From NCBI GenBank assembly GCA_030614915.1, contig JAUXAG010000011.1, positions 26,516 through 90,515 of the forward strand: 64,000 bases of DNA, read 5' to 3'. The notes beneath the pieces were generated by a model, which searched no databases, had not been told where the DNA came from, and worked only from the letters and a program-made list of their open reading frames with translations. The DNA comes from Actinomycetes bacterium (lineage in GTDB: Bacteria > Planctomycetota > Phycisphaerae > JAACET01). The position numbers and the translations under genes were made by a program. Below, piece by piece: positions 27,438-37,779 of this stretch; within the stretch, counting starts at the first letter, position 1, and the number at the start of each line of letters is the position of its first letter.

Positions 27438-30400
27438 ATGGCTATCCGTTTCAAATGCACCAAGTGCTCCCATTCCTTGCAGGTCCCCGACGAACATGCC
27501 GGGCGCAAGGCAAAGTGTCCAAACTGCGGCCAGATTCTCCCAATACCCGCACCCGCTCAGGCCCAACCCCCAGCAAAGCCCCCAATCAAGCCTGCAGTTC
27601 CTGCTGTGCCCAGTCCTCTCGGGCCCAGCACCGCCGGACCAATCCCCTCTCTGACTAAAAAGCAAAAGCCGGGCAAGGCCAAACCGAAGCGGCCTTCGAA
27701 GCAGACACAGCCCCCGAAGGACCAGGGCCGACCACCAGAGTTGCGCTCTGGGAAAAAAGCCGTTATCTTCGGCCTCATCCTCGTGGCTGTGTTGGTCTTG
27801 GTTGTAGTCGTTTGGCAGACGGATTGGTTCAGTTCCAAGAAGGAGCCTTCCAGGCCGCAGCCTCACACGACGCCCACGACCCCTGCCACGACCAGAGCCC
27901 CGATCGAGAAAAAGCCCGCCATTACCGCCGAGATACTCCGGGAGCAAACCGATCAGCTGGAGTTGCAGTTGGCCACTTTGGAGAAGCTTTTGGCCGTAGA
28001 GACGACTGTCCCAGGCCTGGACCAGGGCTTGGTTGGGGCCTTCAAGGCCCTTGACGAGTTCTCTCGCCAAATACAAGGTCAACCACTTGCCCGCACGAAT
28101 CTCAGCCTCTTGCTGAGCCAGAACAGAAAATGGTTGTATGAAAAAGTGCTCGACCGGGCCCAGACTTTGGTTGGCCAATACCGTTTTACCTCTGCCAAGA
28201 CGTTGCTGGAGCAGATCTTGCCTGCCGGGGCAGTCGCCGCAAAGCCTGACACTGGTCCCCCGACACCGGCAAGGTTCCCTCGAAGAGTCGCCAGGTCCTT
28301 GGGCGGTGCTGGCTGGCAGGGCGCTCAGCAGGCCTGCAGGGATTTTGCCAATGGCGAGTTGATCAAGCGTGGCCTGCAGGGAGAGATCTGCTTATGGCTC
28401 CGCGAGGAATCCGACGAATTTGGCCAAACCAGCATAATTCTCAGCCTGGACGCTCCATCCGAACCCTTGAGCTCATTCCGCCGCCAGAACCAATCCCCGC
28501 AAAAATTCCAGCAAAAATGGGCACCTGCCAGTGAGCATTTATCCTTTATTCGCCAACTCCAGAGCGGGGCTGAAGCTGAGTGGGACATACCCACTGCCGG
28601 TCTCATGTATGCCACGATTCGAGAGTTGGAAAGAAGGTGTATGACCTTTGAGACACCGGCCAAGGCCGATTCGGAACTGATGAAGCGCTTGGCCCGACGA
28701 AAAGCTGACTACAAAGTGCACCAGCAAATACTCGCCTTGATTGCCCGTTGTCGTTACGCCCAAGCCTTGCAGTTGGCCCAACGGCTGCTAAAGGATGACC
28801 CGGTAAATCCTGACAACTATCGCTGGCTCCTGCGCTGCTATCTCGAAAGCTACAATACCAAGCCGTTAATCATAGATGCAACTTTGCTATTACGCTATAC
28901 CCGGAAGATAGCTGAGCTGTGCAAGTATGACGTGCCCAACAATTTGTTGGCTCTGAATCTGGCCCCCAGTGCTCTGCCACAAGGACCCGGTGCTTCCGTG
29001 CACCGTGAATTCATCCACAATCGGACATCTCTATTGAAACGCCTCAACGAGTATGCCGGACGCTACAAACCGGTAATCGACTGGATGCAAGGCGAGAGTG
29101 TGGATTTGGTTCTGCGAGATTTTGAGTATAACCCTTTCCTCGCTGGCGAGCCCGTGGACTTACTGGATGCCCAGGGCCTGCTTTACACCCTGTATAGCCG
29201 GGGGGCACCGCCCGGCCGGGCTGCACTCATCTTGGTCAGGCTTCGGCCGGATCAACAGGAGCAGGGACTAAGTTTGCATATGCCCAATGGCCAGCGCTAC
29301 CGCTTGTGGAACATTTATCCGCCCGCTGACTCGTCCGATCTCGATGCCGGCTTATCTGCCAGCCTGCCAGAGCCGCTCATCAGACCCCTGCTGGACTTGA
29401 GCCGCATCAACCCTTCAGAGCTCACTGGGCAGACGACTATACCGGTAGTTAACAGTTTGACTATACTGCGATGCCAGCTGGACAACGGCCAAAGCCGTGG
29501 CGGTTGGAGACTGCGGATTCCCCGTGCTGCTGTGGACAGAGAACAACTCGGACCGAAAGAATCTCGCTCCACTCGCAGGGCAACCCCCTCGCGTGGCTTG
29601 CCCTATCTTGGCCCAGACAGACCCACCACTCGGCGGAGCTCTTCGCGTACCCCTGCCGCAGAGGCGGACAAATACATATGGATCAGCTTCCCTACTAGCG
29701 CTGCCGGCGGACGTAGAGCTACTGTTAGTAGAGCTACGGTTAATGGTCGGAATCAGCCTATAACTTGTCTGGTACGCAGCGGCCGGGGCAAAATTGCATA
29801 CTTTAGCGACGCCAAAGGTAACTACGTAATCGGCTTGGATGGCAAGCGCCTCTACGCCGAAAAAACTGAACTGCTTCGGACGCTTAACGAGGAAGGTCCC
29901 GACTGGTATCTCGCCCTGGATACCAAGGCCTATCCTCCTGAACTGCGGGAGAAGCTGGAAGAGTATGATCGATCCGCTGCCCAGGAGCGTTCCCCTGGCC
30001 GTCCCAGCTTCGGACCTGGAGCTATTCTCCCCGGTCCCGGCATCGGCCCGGTCCCCGGCAGGCCCAGAACTTCCCGACCCCCTCGCCGTGGGCCGTTCAC
30101 TGTGGCCCAAGCTGCATCCTGGCTGAGCGACTTGGCCGCTCAGCCATCGGCGCCGCTTGGGCGACGCAGCTTTGCCGGCAGAAGAGCTCGGACCACCGAT
30201 TCGGGTCCCGTTGTGGGCAGGTGGTTGAACTGGCAGGGAGCAATCATAGCTCAACTGGACGGACGCATCAGACAGTTGGGTCGCGATGATTTTGCCGAGC
30301 CGATGTTTTATTCTCCTCAGGCCGCGGACGATTTGCTCAACACCGCCGACACCTATTACCAGACCAGCCTGCAGGCTTGGCCGACCTTGGCCGGGGAAGT

Positions 30401-32075
30401 CTACAGACAGGCTAATAAGTCCAGGCTTTCTCGCCTGATGGGCCTCGACGCCTCCGCTTCGGCTCGCCGCTCGGCGCGGACCCAGCGACTGACGGGCATA
30501 GACATGGATAAGGTCTCTTTGCGTGCGGAGGCTCTTCTGGCTTCGGGCGATTCCAACCAGGCCATAGCTATATATGCTGACCTGATCGGGTTCTTATCGC
30601 TTCAGCTGCAGCAGGCTATAACTCAGGACCTGTTATCGACCGGCGAACGGCCATTACGCGGCACTGGCGGACCTTCGGATCAGCCCCAACCTGGCCTGTT
30701 TCCAGGGCAGGATCTGAGTTCATTGGTCGATCGGCGAGCCCGGCAGGCGATTGGAGCCGGCCCCGGCCCTGCACGAGACTGGCGAACGGGCCGGACAACA
30801 ACTCCGGACAGCCGAAGGTTCTCGCCCCAGGAGCAGTTCTTCGCCGACGCGGATTTGCTGCTTGAGTCCTGTGCTGGAAGGGCCGCTGCGCTGGAGCAGG
30901 CCGGTTTGCTCGCCCAGGCCCGACAGAGTCTTCGCCAGAGTTCGGGCCGAATCCGGGCTTACCTCTTGACCGAACTTACCGAGTTCATCGAACGCAGCCG
31001 AGCCCGGCAAACGCCCGTATCTCCACAGCTCAAGCAAATCAGGCAAAGGTGGCAGGCAATCTCCCAGGAAAAAATCGCTGCCGCTCTGAGCCGCACCTTA
31101 CAGGCCGCCCGGGGCCAAGCCATTACCGTGCCCTCGCCCTCGAGTTCGCAAGAACCCTCGGCTCCACCAGTTGTTTCGACAGAACCAAGCAAGCCTCCCA
31201 TGAGCCTGGCCGCCTGGTTGGACAGCGAGAATACCGACCTCTCGCCGCTGGAGCCTGAACGCTTGATGGTCGCCGCCCAGTTCAGTTGGATTCGCGACTC
31301 GATTGACCTTGACCAGACCGAGCCCTTAGCCCCTGCCCAGCGCGCCCAGCGAATAATCGAACTGGCCCAAGCATATCAGAGTGGTGCACCAGCCGAGGCT
31401 GCCACTGCCGAGGCCCTGTGGCAGTTGGGCTCGTTCATGGCTGCTATGGGCTACCAAGCTGAGGCTTGGGATTGCCTTGGCCAGGCTGGGGCCCTATATA
31501 GCCAATTAGCCCTGGCCCTTCTTCCTGAGGCTATCGAACCTCGGGGCCGCTCCGAGCTCAGCCAACAGCAGCACTACTACGCTTACCGTGCAGCCGCCCT
31601 GGCTGCCCTGGCTGAAGCTGCCGCCATCCCCGCGGATGAACCTGTCTCTGCAAAGTGTTCTGCGATGTTCGCCGCTGAGATTCGCGCCAAGCTCTTGCAG
31701 CTCCAAAGAGGTTGGTCCGGACTGGCCCTCGCTGAAGAACCGCCCGCGATATTGACCACTGCCGGCCATGCCTTGCGGATTGTGCAGGACTTGGCCGAAG
31801 CAAAGGCCTATGCCCAACCAAGGATGCGCTTCTGGTGGTGGTATTATCCGCCGGAACTTTCTCAACGACAGCTTTCCGCTCCAGGGCGAGGACCCGCACG
31901 TCCGCCCACAAGCTCACCCAGGTCCAGGGACTCTTCGCGGCGGCTCAAGCTTGAATACATCGAGACTCAACAGCAAACCACGCCTGGCCGGCGTTCCCAG
32001 CCCCGCCGCCCTGCTCCGACCGGGCCTATTGACCACATCCTGCCCCCAACCCCCGGTGGTAGGCTCGGATTGTAG
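27438..32075 (+). CDS. Large membrane-anchored hypothetical protein (zinc ribbon, Pro/Lys linker, one TM, ~1400-aa helical/TPR-like region)
   Basis: MAIRFKCTKC...AGRKAKCPNCG; TM segment AVIFGLILVAVLVLVVVVW; long open frame. Confidence 0.75.
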   Translation: MAIRFKCTKCSHSLQVPDEHAGRKAKCPNCGQILPIPAPAQAQPPAKPPIKPAVPAVPSPLGPSTAGPIPSLTKKQKPGKAKPKRPSKQTQPPKDQGRPPELRSGKKAVIFGLILVAVLVLVVVVWQTDWFSSKKEPSRPQPHTTPTTPATTRAPIEKKPAITAEILREQTDQLELQLATLEKLLAVETTVPGLDQGLVGAFKALDEFSRQIQGQPLARTNLSLLLSQNRKWLYEKVLDRAQTLVGQYRFTSAKTLLEQILPAGAVAAKPDTGPPTPARFPRRVARSLGGAGWQGAQQACRDFANGELIKRGLQGEICLWLREESDEFGQTSIILSLDAPSEPLSSFRRQNQSPQKFQQKWAPASEHLSFIRQLQSGAEAEWDIPTAGLMYATIRELERRCMTFETPAKADSELMKRLARRKADYKVHQQILALIARCRYAQALQLAQRLLKDDPVNPDNYRWLLRCYLESYNTKPLIIDATLLLRYTRKIAELCKYDVPNNLLALNLAPSALPQGPGASVHREFIHNRTSLLKRLNEYAGRYKPVIDWMQGESVDLVLRDFEYNPFLAGEPVDLLDAQGLLYTLYSRGAPPGRAALILVRLRPDQQEQGLSLHMPNGQRYRLWNIYPPADSSDLDAGLSASLPEPLIRPLLDLSRINPSELTGQTTIPVVNSLTILRCQLDNGQSRGGWRLRIPRAAVDREQLGPKESRSTRRATPSRGLPYLGPDRPTTRRSSSRTPAAEADKYIWISFPTSAAGGRRATVSRATVNGRNQPITCLVRSGRGKIAYFSDAKGNYVIGLDGKRLYAEKTELLRTLNEEGPDWYLALDTKAYPPELREKLEEYDRSAAQERSPGRPSFGPGAILPGPGIGPVPGRPRTSRPPRRGPFTVAQAASWLSDLAAQPSAPLGRRSFAGRRARTTDSGPVVGRWLNWQGAIIAQLDGRIRQLGRDDFAEPMFYSPQAADDLLNTADTYYQTSLQAWPTLAGEVYRQANKSRLSRLMGLDASASARRSARTQRLTGIDMDKVSLRAEALLASGDSNQAIAIYADLIGFLSLQLQQAITQDLLSTGERPLRGTGGPSDQPQPGLFPGQDLSSLVDRRARQAIGAGPGPARDWRTGRTTTPDSRRFSPQEQFFADADLLLESCAGRAAALEQAGLLAQARQSLRQSSGRIRAYLLTELTEFIERSRARQTPVSPQLKQIRQRWQAISQEKIAAALSRTLQAARGQAITVPSPSSSQEPSAPPVVSTEPSKPPMSLAAWLDSENTDLSPLEPERLMVAAQFSWIRDSIDLDQTEPLAPAQRAQRIIELAQAYQSGAPAEAATAEALWQLGSFMAAMGYQAEAWDCLGQAGALYSQLALALLPEAIEPRGRSELSQQQHYYAYRAAALAALAEAAAIPADEPVSAKCSAMFAAEIRAKLLQLQRGWSGLALAEEPPAILTTAGHALRIVQDLAEAKAYAQPRMRFWWWYYPPELSQRQLSAPGRGPARPPTSSPRSRDSSRRLKLEYIETQQQTTPGRRSQPRRPAPTGPIDHILPPTPGGRLGL

Positions 32076-32204
32076 TAATCCCCCGCTCAAAAGCCGCAAA
32101 TATCTTGTCCCGGCAATCTGTGGGCTGGATTATGCCTGCCCAAAGCAGTATTCTTATCTACCTTGATACAATCTCAGACACACGCCGAAGCTCGGAGTCT
32201 TGCC

Positions 32205-33080
32205 ATGGACCAAGCCATCGCCAAAGCTCAGGCCCTGATTGAGGCCTTGAATTACATCCGCAAGTTCCGCGGGCGAATCGTAGTGCTCAAGATCGGCGGA
32301 GCGGTAATGGATACCCCGGCCGCCTTGGATGGTCTCTTGGCCGACGTGGTCTTCATGGCTACGGTGGGTATGCAGCCCATCGTGGTCCACGGCGGGGGCA
32401 AGGCCATATCGGCGGCCATGGCCGAGGCCGGCCTGGAAGTCAACTTCGTCCAGGGCCAGCGATACACCGACGAGCGGGCCCTGAGCGTGGCTGAGCACGT
32501 CCTGGTCAACCAGATCAACGCCCATATCGTCCAGACCATCGTGCAGTCCGGAACCTCGGCCATTGGTATGCACTCGCTGGCCAGTTGCGTATTGCTGGCC
32601 GAGCGACTCTTTCTCGAAGGCGACCACGGCCAGCGCATCGACATCGGCCTGGTCGGCCAGGTTACCAACGTCCAGAGCCAGGTCCTTTGCGCCCTCTGTC
32701 AGGCCGGTACCATTCCGGTGATCGCCCCCATTGCTCGCGACCGCTCCGGTGGAAAGCTAAACATCAACGCCGACCTGGCAGCCGGAAAAGTTGCTGCCGC
32801 CGTCAAGGCCGAGAAGCTGGTCATGGTTTCCGACACTCACGGCGTGCGCACCGTCGCCGATGACCCCGATTCGCTCACCCCCAGCCTGACTGAGCAGCAG
32901 TTGCGCGACTTGGCCGATCGCGGCGTCATCTCCGCCGGAATGAAGCCCAAGGTCCAGGCCTGCCTGGATGCCCTCGACGCCGGCGTGGGCAAGGCCCACA
33001 TCATCGACGGCCGCCTGGACCATTCCTTGCTCCTGGAGATATACACCGACAAAGGCGTCGGCACGCAAATACTCAAGTAG
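32205..33080 (+). CDS. argB: Acetylglutamate kinase
   Basis: VLKIGG, VHGGG, NINADLAA, GMKPKV, HIIDGR..HSLLLEIYT..GVGT. Confidence 0.95.
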   Translation: MDQAIAKAQALIEALNYIRKFRGRIVVLKIGGAVMDTPAALDGLLADVVFMATVGMQPIVVHGGGKAISAAMAEAGLEVNFVQGQRYTDERALSVAEHVLVNQINAHIVQTIVQSGTSAIGMHSLASCVLLAERLFLEGDHGQRIDIGLVGQVTNVQSQVLCALCQAGTIPVIAPIARDRSGGKLNINADLAAGKVAAAVKAEKLVMVSDTHGVRTVADDPDSLTPSLTEQQLRDLADRGVISAGMKPKVQACLDALDAGVGKAHIIDGRLDHSLLLEIYTDKGVGTQILK

Positions 33081-33119
33081 TGGTCTTGACGCTCTAGTTT
33101 TTGGGAGTGAACCAGCACA

Positions 33120-34364
33120 GTGAAAGAAGAAAAAATAGATACCAAGAAGGTTATCAAACAATACGACAAGTATGTGATCGGCAACTACGGCCGATTGCCG
33201 TTGGTCCTCGTACGCGGCCAAGGCAGTTATGTCTGGGACGCCGACGGCAAGCGTTATCTGGACATGTTCCCCGGATGGGCGGTCAGCGGCCTGGGGCATT
33301 GTCCCGAGCCGGTGGTCGAGGCCATTCGCAAGCAGGCCGGCCAGCTGATCCACATGGACAACACCTTCTACACCGTCCCCCAGGGCCGCTTGGCTCGGCT
33401 GATCTCCAAAAAATCTTTTGGCGGCAAGTGTTTCTTCTGCAACAGCGGGGCCGAGGCCGTCGAGGCCGCCCTCAAACTAGCCCGCCTCTACACATCCGAA
33501 AACAAGTACCGCTATATCACCGCTCTGAACAGCTTTCATGGGCGGACCTTTGCAGCCGTTACAGCCACCGCTCAGCCAAAGTACCACGAGGGATTCTCTC
33601 CGCTCGTGCCCGGATTCAGCTATGTGCCCTTCAACGATGTGCCTGCCCTGGAAGAGGCCTTTGACGACGAAGTAGCCGCCGTCTTGATCGAGCCCATCCA
33701 GGGTGAAGGTGGCATCAATATCGCCAGTGATGAATTCCTGATCAAGGCCGCCGAGCTTTGCCGGCAACACAACGCCGTGCTCATCCTCGACGAGGTCCAA
33801 AGCGGTATGGGCCGAACCGGAAAATGGTTCGCATATCAGCACACCCCGATCGAGCCGGATATTATTACTATGGCCAAGTCCCTGGGCGGAGGCGTGGCTA
33901 TCGGCGGAATCTGTGCCAGCCCTCAGGTCGCCCAGGCTCTCAAACCCGGCACTCATGCCTCTACTTTTGGGGGCAACCCCTTGGCCGCCGCCGCTGCCGT
34001 GGCCGCCATAGAAATGATCGACAGCGAGGGCCTCTTAGCCCGGGCCGCCGAGTTGGGCCGACACATTATGAGCCGCCTGGCCGCCACCAAAGAGAAGTTC
34101 GATTGTATCAGCGATCTCCGCGGTCGTGGTCTGATGATCGGCATAGAACTGGACATCCCCGGAGCCGAGCTGGTCAGCGCCTGCCTCCAGAAAGGTCTGC
34201 GGATTAATTGCACTCACGAGACGGTCCTGCGTTTCATGCCACCCCTGACCGCCACCGAAGAGCAGATTGACCAGGCCCTGGATATCCTGGAAACTGTCAT
34301 GACCGAAAGCGTCCCGGCCATTCGTTCTGCCGCCGGCGCTGAGCCTTCTGCCGGAGCTGACTGA
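33120..34364 (+). CDS. argD: Acetylornithine aminotransferase
   Basis: NSGAEAVEAALK, SFHGRT, EPIQGEGG, DEVQSGMGRTG, AKSLGGG, STFGGNP. Confidence 0.93.
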   Translation: MKEEKIDTKKVIKQYDKYVIGNYGRLPLVLVRGQGSYVWDADGKRYLDMFPGWAVSGLGHCPEPVVEAIRKQAGQLIHMDNTFYTVPQGRLARLISKKSFGGKCFFCNSGAEAVEAALKLARLYTSENKYRYITALNSFHGRTFAAVTATAQPKYHEGFSPLVPGFSYVPFNDVPALEEAFDDEVAAVLIEPIQGEGGINIASDEFLIKAAELCRQHNAVLILDEVQSGMGRTGKWFAYQHTPIEPDIITMAKSLGGGVAIGGICASPQVAQALKPGTHASTFGGNPLAAAAAVAAIEMIDSEGLLARAAELGRHIMSRLAATKEKFDCISDLRGRGLMIGIELDIPGAELVSACLQKGLRINCTHETVLRFMPPLTATEEQIDQALDILETVMTESVPAIRSAAGAEPSAGAD

Positions 34365-35104
34365 TGAGCCGACGGGACGCTCGCCGAGCCGACCAATTGC
34401 GTCCGACCAAAATTACTAGAGGCTTTACGGACTTGGCCCCCGGCTCGGTCTTGATTTGCCAGGGCAGAACCCGCGTTTTGTGTACTGCCTGCTGGGAGCC
34501 GGGCGTGCCCGAGTTCCTGCAGGGCAGCGGGCGAGGCTGGCTAACTGCCCAGTATGACATGCTGCCCTCGGCCACGCCCCAGCGCCGGCGGCGCAGCGGG
34601 CGCAGCGGCAAAATCGACGGACGAAGCCAGGAAATCCAAAGGCTCATCGGTCGAACCATGCGCTGCGTAGTTGATATGCCCCGCCTGGGAGAAAACACCG
34701 TCTGGCTGGACTGCGACGTACTCCAGGCCGACGGTGGCACACGAACTACAGCCATAACCGGAGCCTACGTCGCCTTGGCCGACGCCCTCTCCTGGGCTCG
34801 CCGCAACAAATTTCTGCTCGAAGATGCCTTGACCGTTGCCGTAGCTGCCGTTAGCGTGGGCATCGTTGGCGGCAAGGTTTTGATGGATCTGGACTATGCC
34901 GAGGATTCCGCCGCCCAGGTGGATATGAACATTGCCATGACCTCGGCTGGTGAGTTTGTCGAAGTGCAGGCCTCTGCCGAGGCCGCTGCCTTTAGCCGCG
35001 AGCAACTCGACAAGATGCTCCGCTCCGCAGCCAAGGGAATCCGCCGCTTGTTGGCTTCTCAGCAAACTGCTCTAGCTCAAAGGCTCAAGCGAAAAACCAA
35101 ATGA
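34364..35104 (+). CDS. rph: Ribonuclease PH
   Basis: GRSQEIQRLIGR, DCDVLQADGGTRT, DLDYAEDS. Confidence 0.95.
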   Translation: MSRRDARRADQLRPTKITRGFTDLAPGSVLICQGRTRVLCTACWEPGVPEFLQGSGRGWLTAQYDMLPSATPQRRRRSGRSGKIDGRSQEIQRLIGRTMRCVVDMPRLGENTVWLDCDVLQADGGTRTTAITGAYVALADALSWARRNKFLLEDALTVAVAAVSVGIVGGKVLMDLDYAEDSAAQVDMNIAMTSAGEFVEVQASAEAAAFSREQLDKMLRSAAKGIRRLLASQQTALAQRLKRKTK

Positions 35105-35979
35105 CTGATAAGACTAAATACTTCTCTAAACTTGTTCTAGTTGGCGTTAGCGCCTGTCTTTTGTTTGCAGTTGTCGGCTGCATCTTTGGAACTCCCGGTA
35201 GCCCCAGACCCTCTGCAGTTGTGCCGGGGCAAGTTCCAGGACCTCCCGATTGGGCCAACTTCACCATAAGCCTGCAAAGGGTTCAAGACATTACAGATCA
35301 GAGCCTGGCCGGGGCTCGCCAAAGTTTGCAGCGAATACGAAAGCAAACTGGCTGGCGGGATCTGCACGTCCTCCAAACCGATTATGCCAGCGTTGTTTGT
35401 CGGGGTTATTTCAGAAGTTTTACCGACAAGAAAGCCCAACGAATGCTGGATCAGATCCGCAGCTACAAAGACTCCCAGGGCCGCCAGCCCTTCCGGAAAG
35501 CCTCTTTTGCCGCACTGCCCCGCGAAAGAAAGCAGATAACCGCCGGGCCTCCCCAATGGGATCTTCGCCGGGCTCCAGGCAATGCCAGTTTGTGTATCGG
35601 TTTTTTCATTAACGATGAGCTCTGTAAGGATCGGCTGACCGCCGCCGTAAAAAAGGTCAAAGACTTGCGAAACCAGGGCATCGAGGCCTGGTACTACCAT
35701 GGCCAAGACCGTTCCGGCGTCTACGTTGGCCACTTCGATGCCGGCTGGGAGTTGGTCACCACCGGTAAAACAAGGGACGGGAACTTAATCAGGCGGCTGA
35801 AGTTCGTGACCCATGATCCTCAGTTCGCTATCCTGCGCAAGAAGTTTCCCAAGTATGAGGAAAACGGCCAGGTCCAGAGCTACATGGTCGGCAAAGGCCG
35901 GGTTTACGAGGCCTCCATGCTGGCAAGTATTCCAAGCTTCGGACAGGAAGTCACCGACGCGGAGGTTGGACTTCACTGA
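35101..35979 (+). CDS. Hypothetical lipoprotein
   Basis: Signal peptide ending in LLFAVVGC (lipobox-like); ATGA overlap with the rph stop codon. Confidence 0.65.
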   Translation: MTDKTKYFSKLVLVGVSACLLFAVVGCIFGTPGSPRPSAVVPGQVPGPPDWANFTISLQRVQDITDQSLAGARQSLQRIRKQTGWRDLHVLQTDYASVVCRGYFRSFTDKKAQRMLDQIRSYKDSQGRQPFRKASFAALPRERKQITAGPPQWDLRRAPGNASLCIGFFINDELCKDRLTAAVKKVKDLRNQGIEAWYYHGQDRSGVYVGHFDAGWELVTTGKTRDGNLIRRLKFVTHDPQFAILRKKFPKYEENGQVQSYMVGKGRVYEASMLASIPSFGQEVTDAEVGLH

Positions 35980-36009
35980 AAGTTTCGGCCTGGCCGAACG
36001 GTATCGCTA

Positions 36010-36621
36010 TTGAAACAAGTGCCCAGAATACTCCTGGCTACTAAAAACCGCGGCAAGTTACGGGAGATCCAGGCGGAGTTGGCCGACCTGGCTCTTGAGT
36101 TCGTTTGCTTGGCCGACCTGGACCCTTTGCCCGGGGCCGTTGAATCCGGGCCAACCTTTGCCGACAACGCCGACCTCAAGGCCCTGCACTACTCGACGCT
36201 TACCGGCCTGTGGACCCTGGCCGACGATTCCGGCCTGGAGGTCGACGCCCTCGACTCTAGGCCCGGCATCTTCTCTGCCCGCTACGCCGGGCCCGATGCC
36301 GACGATGATCGTAATAATGCCAAACTCCTGGACGAGCTTACAGACGTTCCCGACGAAAAACGAAGCGCGAGGTTTCGATGTGCCATGAGCTTAGCTGTGG
36401 GGGGTGAGATTATCGCCCGCAGTGAGGGCACGATCGAGGGGCGAATCACTTTCAGCCTGCAGGGACAGAATGGCTTTGGTTATGACCCCTTGTTTTACGT
36501 GGCCGAAAAGGGCTGCACCACCGCCCAGATGCCGCCCGAGCAGAAAAACGCCATCAGCCATCGCGGCCAAGCCATCCGGGCCATGAAACAAATCTTACTT
36601 CAGGAGAAGTTTAGATCATGA
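36010..36621 (+). CDS. rdgB: XTP/dITP diphosphatase (Ham1 family)
   Basis: ATKNRGKLRE, ADDSGLEVDAL, GFGYDPLF, KNAISHRG. Confidence 0.95.
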   Translation: MKQVPRILLATKNRGKLREIQAELADLALEFVCLADLDPLPGAVESGPTFADNADLKALHYSTLTGLWTLADDSGLEVDALDSRPGIFSARYAGPDADDDRNNAKLLDELTDVPDEKRSARFRCAMSLAVGGEIIARSEGTIEGRITFSLQGQNGFGYDPLFYVAEKGCTTAQMPPEQKNAISHRGQAIRAMKQILLQEKFRS

Positions 36622-36941
36622 TTACCACTCTTGCTTCGATCCTAGCTGCCACTGACATCGGCTTTAGTATCTTCGAGTTCGGTATGTTGGCCTGCTTCGG
36701 ACTCTGTTGGCCGGTCTCCGTTTACACCTCCGTCAAGACCAAGAGGACCGAAGGCAAGAGCCTGCTTTTCATGCTCATCGTCTTTGTCGGATACATTTCT
36801 GGCGTCATACACAAGGTCTACTACAACTTTGATTTTGTTATTATTTTGTACATATCCAACCTGCTTCTTGTTTTGGTGGACATCGTGCTCTACTTAAAAT
36901 ACTCTCGCCGCATCGCCCCGCCACCAGCCACACTCAATTAG
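36618..36941 (+). CDS. Small three-TM PQ-loop/SemiSWEET-like membrane protein
   Basis: FE.GML.CFG..WP.S...S.KTK...GKSLLF motif; three hydrophobic segments. Confidence 0.7.
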   Translation: MITTLASILAATDIGFSIFEFGMLACFGLCWPVSVYTSVKTKRTEGKSLLFMLIVFVGYISGVIHKVYYNFDFVIILYISNLLLVLVDIVLYLKYSRRIAPPPATLN

Positions 36942-36960
36942 CTTTTTCAGCGGATGCATT

Positions 36961-37420
36961 AGGGTTTCCGACCACAGGTCCCTACGGGAAGGACGCTACG
37001 CGTTATCCTTGCTGTCATCCCTGCGCAGGCAGGGATCCATCTTATATTTAGCCCCCAGGTTTATCCTGGGGGTTTCTTTAGTATTTAGCCCCCAGGTTCC
37101 GACCACAGGTCCCTACGGGAAGGACGCTACGCGTCACCTGGGGTCTCTTTGTTTAGCCCCCAGGTTCCGACCACAGGTCCCTACGGGAAGGACGCTACGC
37201 GTTACCTGGGGTCTCTTTGTTTAGCCCCCAGGTTTATCCTGGGGGTTTCTTTAGTATTTAGCCCCCGGTTTTAGGGCCCCCCAATCGAGGGTCCCATCCG
37301 CCCATAAATCGGCGGATGGGTGCCCGCGATATTTCGCGATTGGGGGGCCCACCGGGGGTCTCTTTATCTGTCATCCCCGCGCAGGCGGGCTTATCATCGC
37401 CTTAGCGATAATCCAGTTTT
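36961..37420. repeat. Dense REP-like cluster with nested micro-insertions
   Basis: Five ttagccccc(a/g)gg...cc(t/g)gggg units (two empty, two with the 36-mer, one with a doubly nested hairpin), one further 36-mer, and two gtcatccc REPs (one empty, one with a 20-nt insert). Confidence 0.9.
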
Positions 37421-37439
37421 TCATGAATCAAGTATTGAT

Positions 37440-37467
37440 TTGACTGGCCGCCCTATTTAGCTATAAT
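37440..37467 (+). promoter_or_regulatory. Sigma70 promoter (TTGACT-N16-TATAAT)
   Basis: Consensus boxes ~65 nt upstream of the ATG at 37533. Confidence 0.65.
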
Positions 37468-37532
37468 ATACCTTGCCCCGCCTCGTTGTACGTGGCGGCC
37501 GTTGATTTGGCGGTATTGTCCTTTGGTGATTT

Positions 37533-37763
37533 ATGCCCATTTACGAATACATCTGCAACGATTGTGGACAGGCTTTTGACAAGCTTCTATTTAGCGCCGC
37601 AACCACGGCCAAGGTCGCCTGCCCTCATTGCGGCTCCAAGAAAACCACCAAGCAGCTCTCGACCATAAACGTCGGGTCATCCACCCCCGAGCCCTGCAAG
37701 GCCTGCCCGGCTCCGGGCCCAACTGGAACCTGCCCCGCCGGCGGTATGTGTAGCCAATTCTGA
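37533..37763 (+). CDS. FmdB-family zinc-ribbon protein
   Basis: MPIYEYICNDCG..F....CPHCGS. Confidence 0.9.
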   Translation: MPIYEYICNDCGQAFDKLLFSAATTAKVACPHCGSKKTTKQLSTINVGSSTPEPCKACPAPGPTGTCPAGGMCSQF

Positions 37764-37779
37764 ACAGACCAACAAATGT

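Noticed and set aside
37046-37260. CRISPR array in the repeat cluster
   Set aside because: The apparent spacers are identical 36-mers or absent; the units are REP-like palindromes scattered elsewhere in the window
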